From an uncultured virus (IMG/VR IMGVR_UViG_3300030098_005439) (lineage: Duplodnaviria; Heunggongvirae; Uroviricota; Caudoviricetes): 64,000 bases of DNA. Of this stretch, positions 41,801 through 48,502 are shown piece after piece. The stretch's first letter is position 1. Each line of letters begins with the position of its first letter. Made by a program: the position numbers and the translations under genes. The notes under the pieces are model-generated. The model worked only from the letters and a program-made list of their open reading frames with translations, was not told the origin of the DNA and ran no database searches. The stretch lies in the IMG/VR virus record IMGVR_UViG_3300030098_005439; one strand, written 5' to 3'.

Positions 41801-44800
41801 CATGCTGAACCACCTGAAAGCTGCCAGCATCGTCTCCATCCTTGACCAACTTTACGTTTAAGAAGGGTGGGCCGATGGGTTTACCTTCTTCAATCGCCTC
41901 AGTGACCGCCTTTACCGTATCGGCAGCGCTTTCAGACGAACGGACAGGGTTGAGGCCGAGAAAATCTTGTGGCTTCATCCACACAACAAAGCCTTTGTAT
42001 GCAACGTTTTTGCTGTTTGGAACGGCGCCCATTCCATCTTTGGAGTCAAATACGACCTTACCGACCGTCTGCTGGCCCTCATAAGCTGAAGTTTCTGTTG
42101 GGACCTTTAGATCGGCAACACGAGCAGCCTTGGCACCCTTATACAGGGCCATACCACCAAGCCCAATCGCTCCCAATGCAGCAGCCGCTGACAACTCTTC
42201 CTCTTCTGCTGCGGCGGCTCCTACGGCGATTCCAGGCAATGCAACGCTGTACAGCTTTTGTGGCTTGATGACCCTGTCTCTAACTTTGTCGGTGAGTTCA
42301 AAGAAGGGGAACAATTTTTGAGACTCATAAGGATCTCCGTCAGGGTCCAAATCGATAAACGTATTGGAGCGCTTAGATTTTGTTCTTTTCTGAGCAATAC
42401 TTGGAATCAGGGTGTCATAGAAGTATTGGTTGCCCTTAAATACTTTTTCAGCTTGCTCGGCGCCTTCCGCAAGGTCTCCACCTCGTTGTTTCAAGTTTTC
42501 AAGACGCTGCAGAAACGCCCCTTCGCTACCAATTAAATCTATGGCTTCATCGCGAGGCAGTGTCACAAGGGGCGTAATTACGTCTGCACGGCTAAAGACC
42601 ACACCGTCGTAGCCACCGTCTGCAGCCTCTCGGAAGATGCGGTTAATCGCAAGTGTAAGCCATTCTTTGGTGTCTTTTAGGGGAGCGTCTGGTACTGGGT
42701 TTCCAAAAAAGGGACCAGTTGGGGTTATCATCTCCGACTGATCGATTAATTTAACCCCTTCCCTTTGGGGGTCATTTTTTGAAATAAACGCCTCTGCCTC
42801 ATCTTTACTGTCAAATGACGCGATCTCGTCACCGCTGTCTTTTTTTAGAACCTTAAACCTTTTTTCCTGTTTTCTATACCCCTGCTTCCGACCCGCCTGA
42901 TGCCAATCAGACTGGATCTCTTCTACAAACAGAACCTTACGGCCCCGGTCATCGATACGGTCCTTGGTGCGAATGTGAACCAAAACGTTGGGGATGTCGC
43001 TGTGGTGAGATTTGGTGAACTTTTCATAACCCCGTATTCCGAAAAGCTCATAAGCATCAGTTTCAGTAATCAGATCGATCGCAAATTGCTTGGCTTCTTC
43101 TGGTGTTCCAAACACTGCACGCGGACCACCAATGCCAGAACCCTCATGAAAAACTTTGTACTGACCGCGAAGGTTTTCATTTTTAGATACGTCTGCCATG
43201 TCCAACACTTCAAAACTTTCAGGCAAATCCGTAAGCTTCTTTTGTGGAACCGTCAGTAGAATCTCTTGGTAGTTGTCGCCCGCAGGAGCCGTGTAATTTT
43301 CAAATCTTGGGGAAAGGTCTTTTCGGCCTACCTCAAAGGACGCGCGCGCGTCCTTGAACTCTTTTTGGGACCGAATATATTCTTGGTACTTTGGCAACGC
43401 CTGAAACTGGCGCAATGCGACCAACCGGGTCTCGGCCTCGGGCATCTCGTTCAAAATACGGGCGATGGTGCTCAGGTTTTCGCTTTGCGCCACATCGTTT
43501 ATTATCGAGTCGTGTTCCTCTTCTGTTCTTCTACGACGCGATCTCATTTCGTTCCCTCTGCGACGTGTAAACTCCTTATACTCAGGATCAGCCCGCTTCG
43601 CGTTGATCACATTACGAGCATTCGTGATCAGTGCAGCATCCTCGGGTGTCCAATCTGATACTGAAACATTGTGATTCAGATCAATCACTCGATTCACAAC
43701 ATCTTGAACGTCTGGTGGTACATTCTCAAAACGCTCGATCCTATCGATTGCGCCAACATAGCTTACATACAGCGAATTGAAGTGGGTCGAGTTATCCGAA
43801 AACCTGTGCATTTGATCGGTAACGTCTTCGCCAGGAGCAAGTATTCTCGCTACAGCCTTCGAGTCGTCATACAAATCATTAAAAGCCTCAGTTGCCTTAG
43901 TGTTGAGATTGTCTAGCCGTTTTGCAACATCTTTTGGAATTTTTTGTGACTCATTACTGAGCCTAACCTCGTCGATCTGGACCTTGTTGTCATCCAGATG
44001 TTTGATCAACTCATCCTTGGTGATGCTCTTCTTGCCCGCTGCCTTTGCTTGCTCCACAAACTCAGCGACCTTGGTGTCAGCAATCTCAGACTTCGTCGCA
44101 CCACCGCTTCTCAACGTTGAAATAACGGCATCCACGCCCGTCTTGTTTTGAAGCTTTTCAACAGCAGCCTTTTCTAAAGTAGACTCAAATACCGGGTCTT
44201 TTGCTGCAATCGCCTCTTCTGCCTTCGACAGACTGGCTGCATCGACCTTCATTGCCGCTTTCAAGCGAGCACCGCTCAATAAATTACCAACCAACGGTGC
44301 AGCACCCAACGCAGTAGCTGCAAGCTGAATACCACCAGCAACACCCGATATACCAGCAGCAGTCAGATGCGCTGCCCTCTGTTCAGGATCTCGCACCGCC
44401 AATCGACCAGACTGAACGGCAGAAGTCACATCAGAAGTTCCTGTAATGTCCACAAGGCTAGAAACATCAGCAACGTTACGAATAGTCTCAGGATCACCCG
44501 CCATAACGTCTTCATAAACTTCGCCTGCAAACTCTTTGTACACCTCACCGCGAGCCTTCGGATCTCGAAGAAATCGCTGCTCTTCTTGCGAGGCCGCTAA
44601 ACTCAAAGCCTTCATTTGTTCGAGAAACTGCCCCTCCCAAGGCTCGGGCTTCCGCGTCAAAAATGATTCCGCCTCTTTGCGCTCACGCTCGTCCTCACGC
44701 GCATCAATTGCGGCAAACCATCGATCCGACTCGTCCTGCTCCATGCCAGCAGGCACCGTAAACCCACGATACTCAGGACGTACCGACTCTTCACGAATCT

Positions 44801-44924
44801 CATTGTATCGATCCGAAACGGAAGAATCATATTGTCCAGGTTCAACCGGCACTTTTAGAGGCTGTCCGACTTCCTTGCGAAAGCCAGCCATGCCGCGCAT
44901 CAATACGTCATCAGATGACGCCAT
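38853..44924 (-). CDS. Large polyvalent protein (EEIQSDWHQ domain, ParB-like domain, ART-PolyVal ADP-ribosyltransferase-like domain)
   Basis: VLFVEEIQSDWHQ (about 42900); VVQHEGRGR (about 41800); FGNSKVVDE.G..L.VFHGT, IYFSD, Y.NIENP, GFDGI, AF.PEQIKSATGN.GTFD (about 40600-39630). Confidence 0.75.
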   Translation of the reverse strand: MASSDDVLMRGMAGFRKEVGQPLKVPVEPGQYDSSVSDRYNEIREESVRPEYRGFTVPAGMEQDESDRWFAAIDAREDERERKEAESFLTRKPEPWEGQFLEQMKALSLAASQEEQRFLRDPKARGEVYKEFAGEVYEDVMAGDPETIRNVADVSSLVDITGTSDVTSAVQSGRLAVRDPEQRAAHLTAAGISGVAGGIQLAATALGAAPLVGNLLSGARLKAAMKVDAASLSKAEEAIAAKDPVFESTLEKAAVEKLQNKTGVDAVISTLRSGGATKSEIADTKVAEFVEQAKAAGKKSITKDELIKHLDDNKVQIDEVRLSNESQKIPKDVAKRLDNLNTKATEAFNDLYDDSKAVARILAPGEDVTDQMHRFSDNSTHFNSLYVSYVGAIDRIERFENVPPDVQDVVNRVIDLNHNVSVSDWTPEDAALITNARNVINAKRADPEYKEFTRRRGNEMRSRRRRTEEEHDSIINDVAQSENLSTIARILNEMPEAETRLVALRQFQALPKYQEYIRSQKEFKDARASFEVGRKDLSPRFENYTAPAGDNYQEILLTVPQKKLTDLPESFEVLDMADVSKNENLRGQYKVFHEGSGIGGPRAVFGTPEEAKQFAIDLITETDAYELFGIRGYEKFTKSHHSDIPNVLVHIRTKDRIDDRGRKVLFVEEIQSDWHQAGRKQGYRKQEKRFKVLKKDSGDEIASFDSKDEAEAFISKNDPQREGVKLIDQSEMITPTGPFFGNPVPDAPLKDTKEWLTLAINRIFREAADGGYDGVVFSRADVITPLVTLPRDEAIDLIGSEGAFLQRLENLKQRGGDLAEGAEQAEKVFKGNQYFYDTLIPSIAQKRTKSKRSNTFIDLDPDGDPYESQKLFPFFELTDKVRDRVIKPQKLYSVALPGIAVGAAAAEEEELSAAAALGAIGLGGMALYKGAKAARVADLKVPTETSAYEGQQTVGKVVFDSKDGMGAVPNSKNVAYKGFVVWMKPQDFLGLNPVRSSESAADTVKAVTEAIEEGKPIGPPFLNVKLVKDGDDAGSFQVVQHEGRGRMAAINSIQPDVPVPVHVFGSGAIDRGRDITPEMMQGLVDPTSNVKLLPDKKATDGKAVTPDAAWHVPDSDDYDPNYLPVGKTYRADAAMPPAATDVATVKPIQMTFAAPAKLPETPDEIEAAFSEMNRIQRGAPESAMERFRVHNIGEGPAGYLAEHIGDLTARLGHRAYGPVAEKVGKTHGSLLMGFETPPLQDVLTDKSYRKKLLDKGYERYSMMMEGGYPSMTRDEWVKKFDEKLAKYADEHRKVPVYNEVQRLANDAAVALGEQRYTDVRDSLAKLQKYIDEGEERFTARMSWVEPEFARFPGGETPPGKAVKTELPDFSAEYKQKKELDDLVRDLMAGRKAAEQADASKEAVKSTKAKPPAATDVATAGAKTEDEAVEAARLWREMGTESPYFKRKFGNSKVVDEDGEVLPVFHGTSGDFNEFRIGSSEGAFGSAIYFSDNVDDVNLNYARAEGPDIKNRVEREFDRIQDLDDFDDDDILDAAQRYMDRTESTDTELLEAIKTGNVEKLKDEFEPDLIEQIARQIVLGDENFSVMKTYVNIENPVYLDPSGTKGRTTFNLEFEYDEAGDIVDESGSVIDLLEAIDDVAYDFDNRTKLQGSPGLFNAQKLKSFIVENSDDGEIDALDIYKEIKGGEYYFQSDTGGLENTEFIRQVFENMGFDGIIADAHHFFGPRQGFAGGRIPGMADVTPGTYHYMAFNPEQIKSATGNVGTFDPSGNILKGIGVGAAVPAAAAVRSQRQEEQGNPLSEPPEYEPVSYEGGYSQAIDFSETAALVEKMIGLSNEAQDLYTQMGLIEAEYASLNEEDKIGKRGKLLAEWYDDSADKFSEAGRQLDESEYDRYLMGSDTYYDTDPKGIQGYDDVRLFVNTGYSGDPMLLDADLRASQENKQRKRLKETIGNGGPMLDMFGKSGDLNRYLYQKAKFFEHPVQTVQLNNDQKRILAKDYYNLEALKETGLISYLLYKELLGNVELV

Positions 44925-44928
44925 CTTA

Positions 44929-45321
44929 CTAAGACCCGATTAGAGTTACTTGAACCGTTCCAGTTGGTGCGGTCGTGCCAGCAATCCCGCTCTCCGTCGT
45001 CACAGCCATATGGGCATAATTGCTCGACGAAAACGCAAGACCCTGCGGAATGTACATCTCAACACTGCTTGAAGCAGGACACTTCATAATAAAGACCGGC
45101 ACAGTCGTACCAACTGTAGTCGATTGAGCCGTTGCAGACGTATCCTCGTACAACTTCAAGTAGACCGTTTCAGTAGTATTCGCACTGTTGTTCAAGTTGA
45201 TACAAAATAAAGTCGGAGCCGTTTTTCCAAACACGTTGGCTACCTTAGTAGCGTTTGCTGCAGTTTCCTTGAAAATCAAGGTTCCAAGAGGATTACTTAC
45301 TGTTTTTAGAATATCTGCCAT
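44929..45321 (-). CDS. Small beta-rich virion protein (paralog family A)
   Basis: VYLKLY...VGTTVP...CPASS...IPQGL. Confidence 0.65.
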   Translation of the reverse strand: MADILKTVSNPLGTLIFKETAANATKVANVFGKTAPTLFCINLNNSANTTETVYLKLYEDTSATAQSTTVGTTVPVFIMKCPASSSVEMYIPQGLAFSSSNYAHMAVTTESGIAGTTAPTGTVQVTLIGS

Positions 45322-45330
45322 GTCAGAACC

Positions 45331-45705
45331 TCACTGATAAACAACGGTGACAATAACGTTGCTCGACGGATCAGATACATTTGCCAGAGCGCCACTCTGC
45401 ACACACCGCAAAGACAAGCCATTGGCGATCGTTAGACCCGTTGGAAACGAAAGCAAGCGACGAGCACCGCCAGCAATAATAAACTGATAATCGACCTCGG
45501 TAGCGTCAACGTCGATTCCACCATCTACAAGATTGTCATACAGTTTCAATACCGAAGCATCATTAGTATTTGCAGTATTGTCTACAAAGATAGAATATAC
45601 AGTGCCGGCTCCATTTGTAATATTCTGAAGCGTTGCACTACCTAAATCATCTTCGACTACAACCTTATAGGTCGTGTACGAATTGTCGAGTGTTGTTGTT
45701 GCCAT
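45331..45705 (-). CDS. Small beta-rich virion protein (paralog family A)
   Basis: YKV...NITNGAGTVYSI.VDN...LKLYD...FPTGL...GLS. Confidence 0.65.
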   Translation of the reverse strand: MATTTLDNSYTTYKVVVEDDLGSATLQNITNGAGTVYSIFVDNTANTNDASVLKLYDNLVDGGIDVDATEVDYQFIIAGGARRLLSFPTGLTIANGLSLRCVQSGALANVSDPSSNVIVTVVYQ

Positions 45706-45761
45706 GCTCTCTCCAACAAAATGTTCTTGTCAACATTACCGCATATACAACTAAAAGCAAA

Positions 45762-45796
45762 CAAAGAAAAAGACCCTACCAGAGCAAGTAGGGCCT
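45762..45796 (-). terminator. Rho-independent terminator
   Basis: AGGCCCTAC-TTGCTCTG-GTAGGGTCT then TTTTCTTTG. Confidence 0.75.
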
Positions 45797-45839
45797 TTAA
45801 CAAACAGACAGGAGAGTCAAACAATGAAACATGACTCCC
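45762..45839 (-). ncRNA. Candidate ~75-nt small RNA
   Basis: Own promoter, 5' hairpin GGGAGTCA/TGACTCTC, CTCTCCTGTCTGTTTGTT tract, terminator hairpin and T tract. Confidence 0.55.
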
Positions 45840-45843
45840 GAAA

Positions 45844-45872
45844 ACTATAGCACTATGCGATCACCACGGCAA
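45844..45872 (-). promoter_or_regulatory. sigma70-type promoter overlapping the end of rusA
   Basis: TTGCCG-N17-TATAGT with extended TGn. Confidence 0.6.
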
Positions 45873-46397
45873 ATCATGAAGGAAGCCGTCGTCCTCTTCT
45901 TGGAAAACTTCCATCAATGTCTTGCCCATTGTTCGCGATGCCGTGTCCCACCAGCCCTCAACAGGCTCTATGCCTGCTGGTCTAAGACGCAAACACAGCC
46001 TCGGGCCACGATCACGCTCAGAATAGAAGTCCTGTATCGTTACCTTGACCGCCAATGCGTCATCTCGCAGTACCCCTGCCATCACCAGCGCATCCAGCGC
46101 ACATTTGCAAATGTTGTCTGCATCTGGCTTAGATTGCTTCCAAATCACGTGATCTGGGTCTTTTTTGCGAAGTAAACGCTTCGGACGGTGAGAAAATGCC
46201 GCTATTTCGACCTCTACAGGCTCGTCAAGTGGCGCTTTTCGCCAAACACTTGTCATCACCATTGCCGCAGAACGCTCCCAATCTGCCGTCTTTTTCGGTG
46301 TATATAGGCGCACTTTGCCGCCAATAGACGCTCCCCGTGGCCTTCCTTTGCCTATCGGGTCGCCAGGAACCTCAACCATGTATATCCAATCACTCAT
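45861..46397 (-). CDS. rusA: RusA-family Holliday junction resolvase
   Basis: PG.P.GKGRPR, YTPKKT..WE, KPDADNI.K..LDAL..G.L.DD. Confidence 0.9.
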   Translation of the reverse strand: MSDWIYMVEVPGDPIGKGRPRGASIGGKVRLYTPKKTADWERSAAMVMTSVWRKAPLDEPVEVEIAAFSHRPKRLLRKKDPDHVIWKQSKPDADNICKCALDALVMAGVLRDDALAVKVTIQDFYSERDRGPRLCLRLRPAGIEPVEGWWDTASRTMGKTLMEVFQEEDDGFLHDLPW

Positions 46398-46704
46398 ATT
46401 CTTCCTCATGCCACTCCATTAAATGATTCCTCAACCTCTCTATCGACGGAACACCCTCCATTTGAGAACTTGCCATATGCAACTCGTCAACCACCACAAA
46501 CAACGCACGGATTAGCTGACGATTATCCTTTCTCTTCTCCAGATCGTCCAAGGCCCACGGAATGTCCAATCTTGATGGCACCCTCTTGCACCAGTGCGGA
46601 ACTGAACGCCATTCATCCTGCTTGCTTGCCTTGTCAGACAACCACGAGTACCACTCACCAATAGCAACGCGTAGGTTGCGAGATACAAAAGATGGATCAA
46701 GCAT
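46390..46704 (-). CDS. Hypothetical protein
   Basis: TAATG coupling with the upstream gene. Confidence 0.6.
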   Translation of the reverse strand: MLDPSFVSRNLRVAIGEWYSWLSDKASKQDEWRSVPHWCKRVPSRLDIPWALDDLEKRKDNRQLIRALFVVVDELHMASSQMEGVPSIERLRNHLMEWHEEEYE

Positions 46705-47663
46705 TAGTTCCACTTCGCCATATTCTTGTTCTTGAACGTAGAGAAATGAAACGGATCGTCTAACTCCGACCACTCTTCCCAATCTGCACACAGAAACAAG
46801 TCATCTATCTCATCGACCGTCACACGGACCCAACGAACCTGATCCTTGGACGCTACAAACGACAACGGCCTTGGTATGGATTCAGGATCTTCAAGATACT
46901 GTATACGGCAACGCTTCCAAAACTCCTGAGTGTTTGGATGAGTCCTGCGAGTATGAAGCCTTAAATATGTACCCAACTCAGGCGTTGGAACCTTTTGTAT
47001 CGCAGCATGGTGCTTTCTGATGGTTTTCTTGAAGTTGTGCCATTTGCCTTTGCCCACCACAGGCCCATGCTTGAAAATCCAGAAGTGCAGAAACTTAAAC
47101 GTTGACCACGCCCATCTTGGCTTATCTGAAGGTGTATTCTTGTACTGCTTGTACGGATCTGCAGTAATGCGCTCTTGGTCGCGATGGTTGTCCAGGTAAA
47201 CCGCATATGCGTACCTAAACAGCGTTCTTGATGTGCCTTTTGACCCACGCAACACGGCAAGTCTGCCATCTGGATCAGATACGGCGATCTGGTTGGCATC
47301 CTTCGTTATGGACCACTTACCTGTCTCAAACGATTGGCTTCTTGCCTCTTCAGCCAACTCCCAATCGATATCACCCGACTGATAGCCGGTGTTGTAGTAA
47401 GCGGTCTCTACAGGACGCAAAATATCCAAAAACCTTTCTGACAGGCCGTCATATTTGACCACTACGTCATTTGGCTTCAAATGGCCCTGCGACTTTTCCG
47501 GTATCACCGTCAGTCGAACAAACTTTACCTTGGCCTCGTCAGTAGGTACCGGCAACGCCTCTAAGTACTCGTCTATTTCAGACTCACTGGTAACAGGAAC
47601 GCCAAGCACACCCTCAATACCAACAGCCGGAAACCGACGAGCCAAACATGCATAATCATTCAT
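46704..47663 (-). CDS. Hypothetical protein
   Basis: ~320-aa ORF with GGAG RBS. Confidence 0.7.
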   Translation of the reverse strand: MNDYACLARRFPAVGIEGVLGVPVTSESEIDEYLEALPVPTDEAKVKFVRLTVIPEKSQGHLKPNDVVVKYDGLSERFLDILRPVETAYYNTGYQSGDIDWELAEEARSQSFETGKWSITKDANQIAVSDPDGRLAVLRGSKGTSRTLFRYAYAVYLDNHRDQERITADPYKQYKNTPSDKPRWAWSTFKFLHFWIFKHGPVVGKGKWHNFKKTIRKHHAAIQKVPTPELGTYLRLHTRRTHPNTQEFWKRCRIQYLEDPESIPRPLSFVASKDQVRWVRVTVDEIDDLFLCADWEEWSELDDPFHFSTFKNKNMAKWN

Positions 47664-47906
47664 AATCACTCCAGGCTACGACTCTATATTTGTCAAAAGC
47701 GCCCGTCAACTCTTTGTTTCTAACAAAATCCCCAGGGGGGCGCTCCGCGCCCCCCGCGCAAACGCCGCAAGCACCACCACCACCACGGGGGGGGGCAGAG
47801 CCTCGCACGCGCGCACGATTCCGCGCACGGTTCCACCTATGGCACCCGGTCAGGGCCCATAAATCCCCGAAAAATCCAGGGGGAAGGCGGCATATCGCGC
47901 AGTCGG

Positions 47907-48284
47907 TCACACGGTCCACCCCCACGCGCGCACGGTAGACAACGCGCCCCGCATAGCACCACGGGCAACCCCGGCCACGCTACGCGCTACCCCCTGAACA
48001 CCACGGGCCACGCTACGCGCAACGCGCGCCACGCTACGCGATACACGCGCAACAGCAGAGCCCACGGGGGGGGTCACAACCTCGGCCACAACTGGAACCT
48101 CCACCACGGGGGCAACCTCGGCCACTCCATCAAGGGGGGCGGCTATGGTCACCACGCGGGGGGCTCCAGGGATGCGAAGTTGTGGAACCTTCGACCACGC
48201 AACGAACCGACCCGTAACAGAGCACCGCGCACGTTGGCGGGGCGCGTCTGCCGAGAGGTTCGAGAATGCGAGTGCGAAAGTCAT
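47907..48284 (-). CDS. Leaderless hypothetical protein with VARSVAR repeats
   Basis: ATG lies 7 nt after a -10 box; RCSVTGRFV motif; amphipathic basic repeat C-terminus. Confidence 0.5.
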   Translation of the reverse strand: MTFALAFSNLSADAPRQRARCSVTGRFVAWSKVPQLRIPGAPRVVTIAAPLDGVAEVAPVVEVPVVAEVVTPPVGSAVARVSRSVARVARSVARGVQGVARSVAGVARGAMRGALSTVRAWGWTV

Positions 48285-48290
48285 AAACAC

Positions 48291-48319
48291 ACCTTACCCC
48301 ACCCTGACAAACCTGACAA
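48291..48319 (-). promoter_or_regulatory. Leftward promoter
   Basis: TTGTCA-N17-TAAGGT. Confidence 0.6.
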
Positions 48320-48348
48320 GGGGGGTAACGTAGGAAAAACAAAGAAAG

Positions 48349-48445
48349 TTTTTTCTTCAATGATTTCAAGCACTTACGAGGTATGGTGCATTTTTTTTGC
48401 TAAAAAAGTGGTTTTTTTTCTTCAATGATTTCAAGCACTTACGAG
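48349..48445. repeat. Perfect 32-bp direct repeat x2 with IHF-like site
   Basis: TTTTTTCTTCAATGATTTCAAGCACTTACGAG at 48349-48380 and 48414-48445; TTTCAAGCACTTA is one mismatch from WATCAANNNNTTR. Confidence 0.85.
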
Positions 48446-48467
48446 AAACATTAGAGACGTACAGCGT

Positions 48468-48496
48468 TTGCCATACCTGTCAGAGTGGGCCATATT
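48468..48496 (+). promoter_or_regulatory. Rightward promoter for the candidate ncRNA
   Basis: TTGCCA-N17-CATATT; spacer nearly identical to the leftward promoter. Confidence 0.55.
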
Positions 48497-48502
48497 GTTT
48501 GT

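Noticed and set aside
45831..46175. + strand 114-aa ORF after the ACAGGAG motif
   Set aside because: Antisense to rusA; the ATG best spaced from the SD gives only 8 codons.
329..47938. Numerous + strand ORFs overlapping late genes (and - strand ORFs over early genes)
   Set aside because: Antisense shadows of real genes, with no RBS or protein-like features.
48303..48319. TGTCA repeats as Pho boxes
   Set aside because: The period is 9 bp, not the 11 bp of PhoB boxes.
48349..48445. 32-bp repeat, 33-bp spacer, 32-bp repeat as a mini-CRISPR array
   Set aside because: Only two copies; the repeat is non-palindromic and lacks typical CRISPR ends; the spacer is low-complexity A/T tracts; no cas genes; IHF-like sites between promoters explain it better.
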